DNA of 64,000 nt from Phoronis australis (taxonomy: Eukaryota; Animalia; Phoronida). The translations under genes were made by a program, and so were the position numbers. This document shows positions 16,875 through 31,800 of the stretch, one piece after another. The DNA lies in the NCBI GenBank assembly GCA_002633005.1, contig NMRA01000070.1:543872-607871 (forward strand), read 5' to 3'. Each line of letters opens with the position of its first letter. Position 1 is the stretch's first letter. The notes beneath the pieces were generated by a model that saw nothing but the letters and a program-made list of their open reading frames with translations, was not told where the DNA came from and searched no databases.

Positions 16875-19800
16875 CTGCAACCAACCAAAGGCCAAAAAAC
16901 ATTAAAATGACACGACTCATTCTAATGTACACCTTTGCTTTCACTGAATATATTCTGTGTTCAGTTATTTTACAAGGGTCCAACCAGAGATGTAATACCA
17001 CGTTTGTGTCATTGCCACAACTGTCGCCGTCATCATCACCATCATTTTAAATTTTATAAATTTTATGTTAAATAATACAGATAAATACAAATAGGACATT
17101 ACCGCCCAGAAATCAAGTTAACATTCTCTGGGCAAATCATTTGTAATTTTTATACATTTAACATCAAAAGTACTAATATCAACCAGAGGTTACACATATC
17201 ACCAAGCAGATGTTTTTAAGATTGCTTAATTTTTACCTTGACCAACGATATTGTCATGGTCAATCTCCAGCTCGGACCTGTCAATCATAAGGTGCGAGTC
17301 TTGCAGTAGCAGCCATGTTTCCTCATCGAGGGCGGTATCGGGCTCGGCGGCACAGGCACCGTCACCAGAAGCGCCACCTCGCTGTGCGCGGGCATAGCGT
17401 TCAGGTCCTAGAAATACGGAACAGGGTTTGAAAGTGTGTATAAATAGAGAATTCAAACTCCAGTGAGCTTGTGTAGATTACTTCAGAACTAGAACTAAGA
17501 GATCAGGAGCCTGTGCCAAGAAACTTGATTGAAGTCCATTTTTGACTTATGTCTAAAATTTGTCACAACTTCAAAACTTTGAATCTTCCACATATGGTAA
17601 GTGAGTCAAACTTAAGACAAAACCCTACATAAAAAACTTAATTCAAATTTAAGACGACATTCCTGGAATGGACTTGAGACAAATTGAAGCTTTATCATAC
17701 AAGAGCAACGCAGAGCGTTGAAATGCGCCCACAATTGCACCGCATACAGTATCCTTCTAGGGTTGTTTATTGGTACCATAAAGTGGCCAGTAGAGGGCAT
17801 ATATGTAGTATGTTGTACTTTGCAAAATGGAAAGGCATGGTCCTCGTCTCCTCAATAGGCTAGGGGCAAAATGTGAGTAATCTTCATAATACAAGCACAT
17901 ACTATACACCAGTTGCTTAAAGCACCACAGAAACATAGAATTAAAAACAAATTTACCAACATACGAGATTAGCACAGCATTAGAATGCCAGAAACAAATT
18001 TCTANNNNNNNNNNNNNNNNNNNNNNNNNNNNNNNNNNNNNNNNNNNNNNNNNNNNNNNNNNNNNNNNNNNNNNNNNNNNNNNNNNNNNNNNNNNNNNNN
18101 NNNNNNNNNNNNNNNNNNNNNNNNNNNNNNNNNNNNNNNNNNNNNNNNNNNNNNNNNNNNNNNNNNNNNNNNNNNNNNNNNNNNNNNNNNNNNNNNNNNN
18201 NNNNNNNNNNNNNNNNNNNNNNNNNNNNNNNNNNNNNNNNNNNNNNNNNNNNNNNNNNNNNNNNNNNNNNNNNNNNNNNNNNNNNNNNNNNNNNNNNNNN
18301 NNNNNNNNNNNNNNNNNNNNNNNNNNNNNNNNNNNNNNNNNNNNNNNNNNNNNNNNNNNNNNNNNNNNNNNNNNNNNNNNNNNNNNNNNNNNNNNNNNNN
18401 NNNNNNNNNNNNNNNNNNNNNNNNNNNNNNNAAATCGTCGGAAAATCATCGTCAACCGTCCTCTACATAGTAAGCATATACATGCCAATTTTCACAATCA
18501 TCCTTTGAGCGGTTTGGTTGATAGAGGGGTGGACGCACAAAAACAGACTCGAAAACACTAAAAATGGCCACTAGGTGGCGCAAACTATGTCGAATCCATC
18601 TGAAAACGGCAGGATAGCGTCATCTCACTACTAGGTGCCTACATACCAAATTTCATGAAAATCCGTTCAGGACTTTTGAAGATACAAAGGTAAGCGTAAA
18701 AAAATAAAATTGCCACTAGGGGGCACACCGGTAGTCGGATCCGTCCGAAAGTTCGCACATACCGTCCCATTTATGAATGGAACATATGTGCTAAATTTCA
18801 TGAACGTATGTCAAAGGGTTTTGGAGATAGAGCAGCGGACGCCGGACGCCAGACGCCGGACGGACGCCGCCCGGACGGACGGACGGACGGACAGAGATGA
18901 CGGCATAATGCGTCCACATATAAATATGTGGGCGCATAAAAATTGGCTTAAATTTAAGATTTGTCTCAGCTACGTCAGTTTTTTTGGAAGGGGCCCAGAA
19001 TTTCAAAGCATAGTGTCCAGACTAGCGGAGTTTCTAAAAGGCTCTTTAGATCTCACTATACAAAAAATAACTTGTCACTTGAAGGGTGCTACAATCCGAA
19101 ATTCCTTTGTACTACATTACCTACAGCTTAGAATACTCCACAGCAATACAGCAATGGGACCATTACACATTATAAACTTACCAACAGACATTTACCTGCA
19201 GGAACTTTAGACCAATAATCCCGAGAAATGTCACTGATCATAGAAAGTCTCCACAAAGTGACTAACCTGGAGCCAGGAAGCCCTCCCTCTCTCCTGTCAC
19301 TCCAGTTATGTTGTCCATGTCGTATCTCACGGTGCGGTCTGATCTTGGTTTGAAGGGGCCGAGTTGCTTGCGACGCATGACCAAAACAATCAGAATAATG
19401 CCGACTAAGACCAAAACACAACCCAGACCAACGAATACACCAATCACTGTCGCATAATTGACTTGAGTATACTTCACGAATCCCACATTTATGGCCCAGT
19501 TTCCTATGGTAACCTGCAAAATAAAGAAGATAATGCAGAACAACAAATGTTTGATGATAGATATGTGTATGACTGTGGCTCTTACTCTACCCTGGAAGAC
19601 ACATGCTCTCTCTTGGGTAGAAATCTTTCCTAACTTGTGTTCTTTAGGTCACGTGATGAGGCCAGCAGGTGGCGTGCAGACCAGATTTAAAAATGTTAGT
19701 GATACAATAAATACAAGGAACACAACACAACACAATACGATATAATGAATACACTACACTAGAATACAGGGGGATTTGGGACAAGCCAGTTCAATAATGT

Positions 19801-22800
19801 GCTTGGCCAGTGTGAAGTAAGAAGGTTAATATCTCCCATCTTGGCTTATTGATGTCATTCACAGAAATAAGCAGATAACAAAAAATAAAATGAAATAAAT
19901 GACCACATATAATATTCAACTGCCTCAGATTTTACAGAGCCAATACAAATTTTTCCTCAATACAGACCTATAATATACAGAACAAATTTAATATAAAAGT
20001 ATGTGATTTTCATCACTGCTAAAACAAATTCATCAAAACAATGACAGCTGTGAAAAACTTCTGATCAACATTTTGATTCTTCAATTTTTAATCAAGTGCA
20101 AAGCCCAAAACTGAAACAACTTCATTAAGTTACGATATTTGAAAAACATAACTCATAATACAAAAATTATGCACTAGCTCCTTCCCCGAATAAACTTTGA
20201 ATATTAATCCAGACACCGCACCTGGACAGGCCAACCAGATATTCAATGCCACACTTAAAAAAACTTACTAATATTGAAAAGCACTAACAATGGACAATAA
20301 CAAAAAATGCGCGTAATTAAACGATAGTCGCCTGCACCCCTAATTTAAAGTTAGGAGCATGCACCACAATGCTAATCGCTAATCAGCAAATACGCGTTAT
20401 TCTGGATAGAGAAGTATCGGTTTGAATGTATGCAGGCACAGTGCATAAATACTGTCACTCACATAGACGACTCTCATTGGTTCATCTTCTTGTGGGTCAT
20501 CAGGTCGGTTGAATGGCCGACACTTCAGTGTAGACTCAGTAACCGTTGTCACCTGACAGTTTTTACCATCGATTGTTACATTGATATCATCTCTGGTTGA
20601 GCCAACGTTCAAATTACGTCCCTGGTAACACAATTATAGATCAATGACAAACTTTTGAGTCCTGTAACGCGAGCTCTTCCTTGATTAGCTCAGCAGAACA
20701 AAAGCCAATAGGGTGCACACAAGGAATATCTTTCGAAAACCCTACCAGAATGAATATTTTTTTAATCAAACTTCTCTTAAAATTCCTCAGATTTTGAGAA
20801 ATTTTGACACCAAAACCTAAGGCTTTTTATCTGTAAACTCTTCCTTCTGTAATTAAACAAACAGTTACAATTCCAGTACTTATATTTTTATTGTTTTATG
20901 ACAAATATAATTGACAATGAATAATGTCAGAATAAAGTACCGAAAAGCATAATATTGGCAGTTCATAAGTTTTCCATCAAATCAAAGGCAACAGTCTTGA
21001 TATGTCTGGGCTTACATTGGGCTCTTATCAGATAAACCCCGGGTTGTAATTCAATTTTCCAAATAAGCACCCTGTACTTGTTCGCAGAAACTTGTTGGTT
21101 AAGGAATCCCAGTTACAAGACAACAAGTTTTACAACGGTTCCACTAGGTCGAAAGTACTCCTTATTCCAACCAGAATCAACTGAAATCTAATTCTCAGAT
21201 TGTGTTGGAGCATTTGCAGTGCAAGCTAACTCAAAATGCTTGATATTTCTAGGTCGAGTACTTCAAACTGAGCTATTACAACTTTCCCACCAGAATCAAC
21301 TGAAATCTATTCTCGGATTGTGCTCGAGCATTTGCAAAGCAGGATAACTGAGAATGCTTGATTTTTATAGGTCGAATACTTCGAACTGACCTTTTCCAAC
21401 CTTTCTCAATGGTATCAAAATGAAGGTTCCAAACAAAGTTCGCTAGCAGTGAAATGATGGAATATGATGGATTACAAATGCAAGTGAGCAAAGTTGCAAA
21501 CATTTCCAGGTAGATATTTAATTTTAAGAAAAAAATGAGCACAGCTCACCAACAAAATCAGTTCCTTATCCTCTGGAAACATAAGTACAAGATTCTTTTC
21601 TCCCCGAAACTTCTGGATTTCCGGATCAGGGTAGTAGGTGAACCTTGCCAACTCGGGCTGACTTTCACGCAATGTGCGTAAAATGTCGACATTGTCCATC
21701 TCAAACCATATGTCTGTTAAAACAGGCCGCTCCGATGTGACATTCAGCTTCCTGTTATTAAGAGGAGGCGATTTGCAAACCATATAAGCACCCTCATTGT
21801 AAGACTCACAATCCTAGAAAACAAACAACAAATTAATACAGCTTTGCCAACATTTATGAAACCGTCGCCATCATCAAAATCACCAATAATAACATTTTAA
21901 TAAACTGTGACTGGGATTACAAGTGTCGTCCGGCACTGTTACTGTAAAATTCACTTTTCATATTCCAACCCTTTTCAAGGGGTGCGATAAAATCTCATCA
22001 ATTTTGGACAAAAATAATTACCAAATTTATATCTTTTTCGTTTTTGGAAGACTTATGACACTGCTGTGATTACCCACAATTCCTCAAAAGCACTGTCAAG
22101 AGGTAGCGGTGACATCAAAAAATCATGAAGCATTTATTCGGTGCTGTTCATCTTTAATTATAGAAATGCAAATAAAAACATTAATTTCACTTTTCCACCA
22201 CAATAATGTGGCCTGAAATGCAGACATTTTACCTTTGGTTAGTTCTAAAACCATTTTAAGAAGAATCTCAAAATTTACAACCAGAACCCTGAATCCCTCG
22301 ATATTAGGGCTGAATATCGGACCCATTCCCCCCTTAAAAATATGCAAAATTCCCCATAGATATTCCCCTTAAGTGATTGAAAAATTACCGTCGAGGTTCG
22401 AATCGCTTGTAACTCACACAGGTGACAATTCCAAAGAGCACAATGGCTATTTGAACCAGAGCCTGAGAGGGCTTGCAACACGATGGGGTGCTATTGATGG
22501 TAACCGCGACGTGGAATATTCCACTCACCCCAAAATATTCCCCTGTTAGAAGACACAGGCAACTTTCCCCTTTGATGAACGAGGGCCCTAACAACCGTTA
22601 CTATTAATTGCCAAAACAAATTAGTATGAATACCACAGCTGTCGTAGTGACTGAAAGTGGACAGTACAATTTGCATTAAGAATCCCAGTTCATTTCCATG
22701 TAGATATATGACTTGTCCAGTAGAGCCTTTCTGATAAATCATTCATTACATGTCACATATTGGATTGAACTTTTTCATGCAAAAAACAAAATGATAATCA

Positions 22801-25800
22801 CTTGTTTCTCTACGGACTAGTTAGGTATGCTCCCAATCGGTTTGTGACATCGCACACCAAAATATCACAAGGGGAAAAACATGAAAGTTAAGACATTTAT
22901 TTGGCAAGTCTATCAGTTCCACATGTATTCTTCTGGCAGCTTTTCCATACCAGGCGATGTAGGAAACATTTCTATTGGCTTAAGGAGGCCTTGGAATGAC
23001 CAATGACCAAAGAGAAGAAAAATTTCCAGTGCGGTATCATTCCACAAATTCATAGGCTTCTGTGATAGAAATATTTTTTGCACTGTAAAATTTAACTGAA
23101 AGAAACGATTTTGCACGAAAAAAGTCAAAATAATGATAAAAAGAGACATAAAAGAGGAAAACGGAAACCAAATATTAAGAGGAAATCAAAATCAAAAAGA
23201 GGAAATCCTCTTAAAAAGAGGAAAATTCCAGGCCATGCTTAAGCTTTTTTCAACTGACCCCAAAGGCAGTGATGTTCTCATCCTGGACAGGCATGACTCC
23301 CATCTGAGGGAACTGCACAACATCCAGACTTGAGCCAGTAACAGTTACTCTAATGCCTCCGCTGAAATGTAGAACACCATAACAGATTTAATGCGTGGGT
23401 CAGCTTAATTAGGTTAAAATAAAAACATTTAACACAATAAATTCAATGTGAATTTACTATTTCGGAAGTTAGACAATTAGATCTGGGACAATATTGGTGA
23501 ACTTGTATAACACATTAGTCTATCAGGCCAAATAATGCAAAGAGTACTGGAGAACGTGCACGAAACATTTAGTTTATCAACCCAGTATTAATGTCAAATT
23601 GACCAATCACCTGAGAATGCTTTTCTTAGGGTTTACACCAGTGACTTGAGGATCATCTTTGTAGGTGAAAGTGGCTCCTCCCAAATTCAAATTGGCATTG
23701 TCAATCATCAGTTTCACAGCGCCCGTTGCCAGTGATCTTCGTGTCAGTCTTGATCTAGTGTGGTATGCTGGTGTCTGGCATGTAAGCTGAGTACGTGTTC
23801 TCCTAAATAGTTGTCATAAAATTTAAAGCTTCCGTTTATCCTGTTTAGCCGACTACAAACAGTGGCTCGAAAATACTTCGGAGTTTATTGGGACAGACCA
23901 ACCTTGAAATGGTCAATCCCAGGGCTCAACATTAACTTTTTAAGCCAATTGCCCTTCGGGCAAGTAGTTGAAATTTTTACTTGCCCGAACAACGAATTCA
24001 CTTGCCCCAAGTACAATCCCAAATAGCACCGTGCATGTGCACACCTAGGTAATGTGTTACTGTAGGGCTGCCTGTGCTGAGCCTCCTCTTGTGTTGTGCA
24101 CGCTATATACACGAAGTGCTATTTTTTTAACGATTCTTCGAATAGAACATTTATTTATAAGGTGTCAAAACACTAGAGAGACAAATTAGAAGAGTAACTA
24201 TGGTATCCGAACCACTGTCACACGTTCACAGGCGCCGAAATGAGCTAGGGCATGAACTCTGGACACTTCTGTGTATTCATTAGTTTATACGCCCTCATGC
24301 ATTAAACTTGAGTTGTTGCTAACCTGAATTTCATTTTTTGCTATCCGTAAAAATCTTGCACAGTTTTGGTNTAGTAAGCTAAACAGAGCGAAAAGCAACA
24401 CATTTGTAACACGCTAATACCATTAAATATGTTGTTATTGTTCTTATCTTTGACAACACCAAACTCTATCTCAGTTTGTTGCAGTTATCTGATGGCAAAA
24501 ATGTAAACAAATCAAGACAAAAAACTAAATTATTTCGGCATCTTCGAAAAATTTTGCAATGAAATTTTGCCAATCTTCCAGATTTTGAGGATTCTTTTGA
24601 ACACTACATCATGCAGTATTTCAGTCTTTGGATTGGCTATGGACATGGTGTCATCTTTGACAGTACATGACACGTGATGCAGTATTGACCACACACATTT
24701 AAAATTTCACAAAACGGCCTCCGACATGTGGCATTTAAGGTGCTGTTTTGATTTACTCAATTTCTGCAACAATATTGGTCTAAACCTGTCGCGAAGTGGT
24801 TTCTGGGCTTGCGTAGAACTGATGCCAATAGCCACTAACAGAGGTCCTGGATTTTAAGAACCAGTTTTCTCCACTGAATAATGAGCATCAAAATGGTTCT
24901 CAAAATGTGAAACGCCTCCAAGTGACTATTGCTCAGATCACAGTTTAAGGAAATTTATTACATGATTTTTAAATAATTATTTGAATGAATAAAAGAACTA
25001 AAATTAGAAATCAACTTCTTCGGTAACAGGATATTATTTTTGTAAACAACTAATTTGTCCAAATTCAAACTTTCCCCCAACCAGAAATCTATGTCACACA
25101 AATTCACCACACTTTTATCCTGTGTGTTGTTATTGCAAAATCGCCATCTTCATTATGACAATTTTACAATAACAACACACAAGATAAAATGGCACTGAAT
25201 ATGCGTGACGTCAACTTCCAGTTTCCATAAAGCTTAGATTTAGACAAATTAATTTTTTACAGAATGGTATACAGTTATCTAAAGGTCCTCTTAGTTCAAA
25301 ATGTTCAAAAATCCCGGAATCTTCCTTTACCGCTTGAGACCACACTCAGCACATAAAACGACAAACCATGACAAGCTGACTCGTTGACTCTGGTCTCCAG
25401 CAGTAATGAGCCGTTGTGTCTTGGTAACGCAAGCCCAAAGTTCACATCAAATTCAATTAAGTATCAAGTTGAGACCAATTTTATTACGGGAGGCGGCATA
25501 AACCAGAAGTCAGTTTTTGATGGAAGATGGGTTTGAAGCAGCTTGAACAGCACTCCCATAATGCAACACCACAACTCCCATTATGCAACAGTAATACTTT
25601 AAGCCATCCAACAGGTGATAAAGATCTGCATACTCACTGAATATTTAAACAAGAGAACCCTGCCACGGTTACTGTAACTATGGAGCCCACATGCAGGTTC
25701 TGACCTTTGAAGGTCATGGTAGTTCCTCCAGACTTGGGACCCTTGAATGGTGACACACTGCTTACTGATGGGTCCTGAAAACATGGCCATAAACGATTAG

Positions 25801-28800
25801 AACATCGGAAACAAAATTGAGACCACACTTTAGTAGAAACGGTTGTGGTCACTCGACCAGTTCCTTCGACTCCATAACCAATATTGCGTTCCGTAATAGG
25901 GACGTTCCAGATCACACTGCAACACTCTAATCTCGCTGTATTTACACACAATGCCACAATATCTGTTACGCCCTTTTGTAAACGCTCGTTCTTGTGCGAT
26001 TGTAATTCCACAATGCTCTTAGCTGTTGTATTCTTTACAAGTTTTCTTTGCAGCATAAATCTAATCATCCTTCCAATGCCAACACAGTATTACTGCTGTG
26101 TTTTGGGCTGCAACTCCATCTCAGAAGATGTTGGATAAACTTGACTAATATCTTTAGATACGTGATTTTAAGTTCTTCACCATTCCAGCATCAAGACACA
26201 AAAATGCTGTGAGAGTGGATAAAACAAATTTGTCAGGTTAATTTTAAACACACAAAATTCTCTTTTTTGACCTTCTCATTTACACTAACTTTCAAATGGT
26301 TGAAATCCGGAATATTTCCTCGGCCATATACCTCAATGGTCTCTGATACAACTTGTGAAAATGAGCCTGAATTCCAAAACAAAGCCGATGAAAACAATGG
26401 GTTTCATTACGCCTGGGACAAACGAGGGTTCTATCTCTGCGTAATCCAGAATGGCCATTTTGAAGACACTCTTGGCTAAATATGTTTAACAGCTTCTTAT
26501 TTAATTTGAACTTTTCTTATGTAGTAAAATTTTGCTTTTCATGGACAAAAATGGGGACACCCACATAAATATAGTGTTTCCACATAAAATATGATTACAG
26601 GTGGGTACACCTGTCTGTAAAGGTTGATGAGTTAAGTCTCTCTCTGTAACTGGGTACACCACAGACTGGATGGGTCTATCTATATAAATATAACTAGACC
26701 CGTCGCGATGGGTCCAGTTATATATATATATAGATAGACCCATTCCACATTTGGTGCACCCAATTACAAACAGAGATTTCGCTGATCAACCTTTACTGAC
26801 AGGTATGCCCACCTATAATCATATTTTATGTGGAAAAACTATATTTATGTGGGTGTCCCCATTTTTGTCCATGAAAAGCGAACTTTTATTAGATAAGAAA
26901 AGTTCAAATTAAATAAGAAGCTGTTGTTTACTTATGGAATGGAAACCTTGAAGACACGTGGTGTCTTACAACAGCCATCTATCCAGATATTTTATGTGTT
27001 TTGTCATCCCCTACATCCATTTTCATACTATTCACAATTTCACACAATAAACAACCTATTGTTTTTTCCTTCTCATCTCTGAAAATAGTAATTAGAATGA
27101 ACATTATTATTCTTGTGACACATGCCTAACAAAATAAAATTTATTCGCGGGCAAAGGACCTCGTCTCACAAACTCACGTGGAAAAAGAAGTCGTTTGTCG
27201 AGGATGCCGTTCCCCGAATTGAAAATCCATCTTCATTTTGCTCGTCGTCGATAATCTTGACATTCACTTCTCGTTGAAAATCACCCGTTGCATTCCTTTT
27301 CGACATGGAGCATACAATTCTGAGAAAAACATAAAAATATTTAGTTTTTACCTTACTATCGACCAGTCAGACCATGTGACATGCAGACCGTGAGAAAATG
27401 TCGCACTGAAGATCAAAATTGCACCCAGCAAGTGAAATAAAGGAACCGTTGCTAAATTAAATCAACCTCGGTCAAGCCTAATGGTGAATTAAATTATTTG
27501 AAACTTGTCTCCAAACTTTATTATGCCTTATGCTATGGGTATGTAAAATATAACTGGGTTATCTATTTGACCAGAGCGATAGTGTAATAAGGCACGAAAA
27601 ATTATCTACTTCACAAAATAAAAACAAAAAGCAGCAAGTTCTACATTTGCCATGTGACATACCTCGCGCCACAATATACACATAGTCCTACACATTTTCA
27701 CACATAAATTACATCATCTGCTTTAAAACTGATCAAATGTCAGGGATGCTAACTATGACAGGAACTACAGTCATCCAGAAGTCTACAAGATAAAGCCCCA
27801 AATTATGGCTAATAAATACACATAGTATTACATAACTGGCAAACTATACATAGCTAAACAAATCCAACAGTCAGCTAAAATTCCGTGTAACACAACCACA
27901 GTAGCAATAAATAGAAATAGAAATTTTTACTTGTCTTTCATTACGTAGAATACTGAAGTTTTGAAACAAAATCCACAAAGGTGGACGATTACCCTAATAG
28001 TAGTACCACGAGTCACAGATTGTAGTTTAAAAGACGCGCAGATCCTCAGTCTTAACCACTACGGTAAATCTCCACATATTTCACACAGAAATAATTGCGA
28101 AAATTTTAACATTTCCATTTTTCAAAACCTGATTACTTCACTGCAAATGATCGAAAATGAACCCAAAATTGTTTCACAACACCAACACAGTGCAGACCAT
28201 AGTAGAAATAGATTAAAATCTTTATTTTTAGGGAAAAATTTGACAAAACAAAATTTAACTTGTCGGACATATTGTGTGCTAAATAAAAGTACTGACCTAT
28301 CGCCAGGATTTTTAGTGACGGCTTATCTGACCAATCAGAACGCAGCATTCTTGACACACCTTTGTTTCCAAGCTGCCATTTTACCCATCAAACAACATGT
28401 TGCTGGGTAAAACTTACTGTTTGCTTGTCGAAATTGCTCAAGGGGTGGAGTTTGCGATAGGTCAATAACTAATTGTTGCACTGATGACAACACAAGATAC
28501 AGAGGTCCTTTTTATCTTCAGCCACACAGTATTGGGTTCACGGTGACCAAAAATAGCGAAATGGTTAGTGTGGGTGCCACAACAAATCATGACAGAGCTA
28601 ACTATTAGTCAGGCTCTCTTCCAATTGATTGCCAATAGCCAAGCAAATAATCGCGTTACTCATGAGCCTTGTAACTAACAGAAGGAAAAAATACCACCAG
28701 ACGTGAGCATGCAAGGTGCTGTGGAAGTAAACTTTTTAAAACAAATTATGTAGTAACTAGGTAATTCGCTAATAAGTGAAAATCTCACTTGCTCTCTGTA

Positions 28801-31800
28801 TGCTCCTGAATGTGACAGACTGTTTTATCAACGAACACATCACGTAACTTGACTGGTGGCGAGCCAAACGCTCGTCCAATGATGGTTAGCCGCGTCCCAC
28901 CAGCGTTCGGTCCTGAGTTTGGGGTGAACTGAAAATGAGAGGTGAATTATCAAACACTCATTCAAATTCTAGCTCGTGATTTTCAGCATGAAATGAACAA
29001 CGATCTTTGCCACAATTTTACAAATGATAATTAAAAGAAAAGTTCACCTGCTGATAATTAAAAGAAAAGTTCACCTGCTGGGGTAAAACACTTAAAAAAA
29101 CATCTTAAGCAGTGTTTGTATTCACATCAAATTTGTAATCGCATTACGTCTCCTAGCCTTGACGTAAAAAAATTCGATCCTTTGATAAATTGAAAATGTA
29201 TGGTTGTAATACGTGATGCAGGACAGTGTCACTTACATAATGAAGAGAAGGTGGACAGCTGTTGCGGGTGGTGGTGGTCTCTAAACACGCCACCTCTGTG
29301 CTACAGTAGCCCTTGACACCATCACCACACCACAGACAGTCTAGCGGGTCGTGAGCCGACAGACAACTGAAACACTCATTGTAGGCACGGCACGAGTTCA
29401 GTGGGAACTTCGATATCTGAAAGAATGACGAAATTTCCTAATGATGGAAAGGAAAAACTCAATGGGATGAAAACGATTTTCACGTTCAATGGCCACAAGG
29501 GGTCGCTTTCTGAAAACATGAGGTATCTATGTCAAGAGTTCTGCCCAGCTTATTGTCTGCAAGAACAACATTATGTATTCGGACAAAATGACCTGGAATG
29601 TTCCACCATGATGGCTGGGCAAAGTCAAGTCAAATACATCGTCAGAAACTGAGAATGAGGAGGAATAAAGTTAGTGAGACGGCTTTGCAATTTCATGAAC
29701 AGAATTTGCCGCCCTAATTGTCATTGCCAGGCACTGTGCTGTTAACTGAATTATGGGTCATGACAGGAAAATGATGTTCTGTCTTATATTTACGCCTTGT
29801 ACTGTACAAGTCAACTGGTTTACTCAGGGTTTCTCTGAGTGATCCGTATCCACTTCATCAACAGTGATTCTAAAATTAATTCAGATTTTGAAACAACAAG
29901 TATAAGCACACACGCACGCATGCACCCGCACATTCATGCTTCGAAGTAACAGGTAAACAAGGTTTGATTTCTTTTACTAATGCTTCAAATAATTGTATAT
30001 GGTTTCCCAAAAGACTGTATTACCGGGTTTCTGATTTCTCAAAAGGTTTTTTCTTACGGCAATATAGTTACAAAGATAATATTTAAATGCAAAGTAGTTT
30101 GGTCTTTAGCACATCCATTAATACAATATTGAAACATGGTTAACATACATTGACTTCCTCAAAATCACATCCAAAATATGCAGTCAATATCACATCCTTG
30201 TCTAACTTTAAATTATGTTGTGAAGTTATGTTGGTTATGAACTTTAGTGACTGGTATTCTAAACAGTTTTCACGAAGAAAGTACAAAGTACCAATAAAAG
30301 ACTTTATGACACATCTCAATTATGATTACGGTGACAACTCTCAACTTTGGGACAGTGAATTTCTTCATTTTGCTCAAGGTCATAGCTTGTACAAAGCTTT
30401 TGAAACAGTCGGTATTGACCGTCCCAAATTCAAGAACTACAATCAACGGCAAATGGATCATTCAACTCAATGATACACACTATGGGGATGTAAGAAAACA
30501 TTACCTTGGTAACCAAGTCTATTTTCAGACTATGTTGGTAGAAAGCACAGCATCCAATATTTGAAAACACTTGGACTGAATTCTTTTAAAAACTACAGCA
30601 CTTCTTAGAGAGATTACATCCTAGCCACACAGCCCACACTGAAGGCAAATTTCAGACCATGATTTGTCACTCCATTATCTATGGTTCAACCCCCCTACAG
30701 CATCAGTAAGTCAGAGACTATTGTTGGACTGAACTAAGCTTACGGTAGCTGGACATGAATCGTATCTGGTTTGCTGCATTGGACATAGTGCAATGGCTAC
30801 ACTGTTGTGACATGAATACAGAAACTCTGTTACAGAAATCAGATATGCCCACATTGTCTTGTGTATGGAGGTTGACTAATCACTTTGTAGTGTATAGTGT
30901 TTTATGGTTTTTGTCCACGAAGCTTGTTAGCGATATGAATTCTGATACTTGAGTTAAAAGAAAGCAATCATTTTTTTGTATCGTATTTATAAAAAGGGCA
31001 GACACATTTTAAGGTTATTTAATAATACAAGCCTTTGGCCCTGATTAACAATTGATGCACCATTACCAAAATGACGTCTTGTTTCAATACAGCGAGCAAA
31101 CACAACAATCAATAACACAGATAAACTTAACGTAGAGCTGGTCACAGTGACGTTTGAAAGATGTTGAAAACTTAAAGGTGGTCACATGTAGTCACCCATT
31201 AGTCGTCCTCTTGAGGTCTCTTGGCGACAATACATCCATAAGTCGTCCTCTTGAGGTCTCTTGGCGACAATACATTGAAAAAACATTTGTGAACTTCACA
31301 GCAAGATTCAACTCATCACTCCTACGTACCTTACGTCCTGACAAGACGAACAAGTTGTTCTGTGACGAGTCCATTGCCATGTCCCTTTCTATAGGAACGC
31401 TGCTGCTTTCGCTCAACTGAAAATCCATGAATGGCTCCGCTGACGATTCCAGTTTTACCTTCAGAGCAAGAAGACAAAATGAACAGTTACCAGTTACACA
31501 GAATGGATCCATGTTTAATGGCAAGTCACAATCTGCCGCGTCTCAATATTTTCAAAACATCACACGGAAGTCTAAATTGACACAGCTTTTTGGTACTTTT
31601 TGCATGAGTAAGTCAAATAAACTAAGCACACATGTGAGACACAATATTTTTGGCAAATAATGGCGATTCGGGATCAACCAAAAACAACAGATTTTGTAGT
31701 TTTACAATTATGGTCAAAAGTCTATTCAATACAACAACCCCAAAATAAAGATTTTTTGTCTTTAAAACCGATGATGTCCCTTTCACTAAATACAATTGGC

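Noticed and set aside
19181-19260. Possible extra JM exon encoding [10 protein letters not shown] (DY motif), or a 14-nt microexon
   Set aside because: No acceptor gives the required phase-1 entry at a plausible intron length, and the 14-nt option causes a frameshift.
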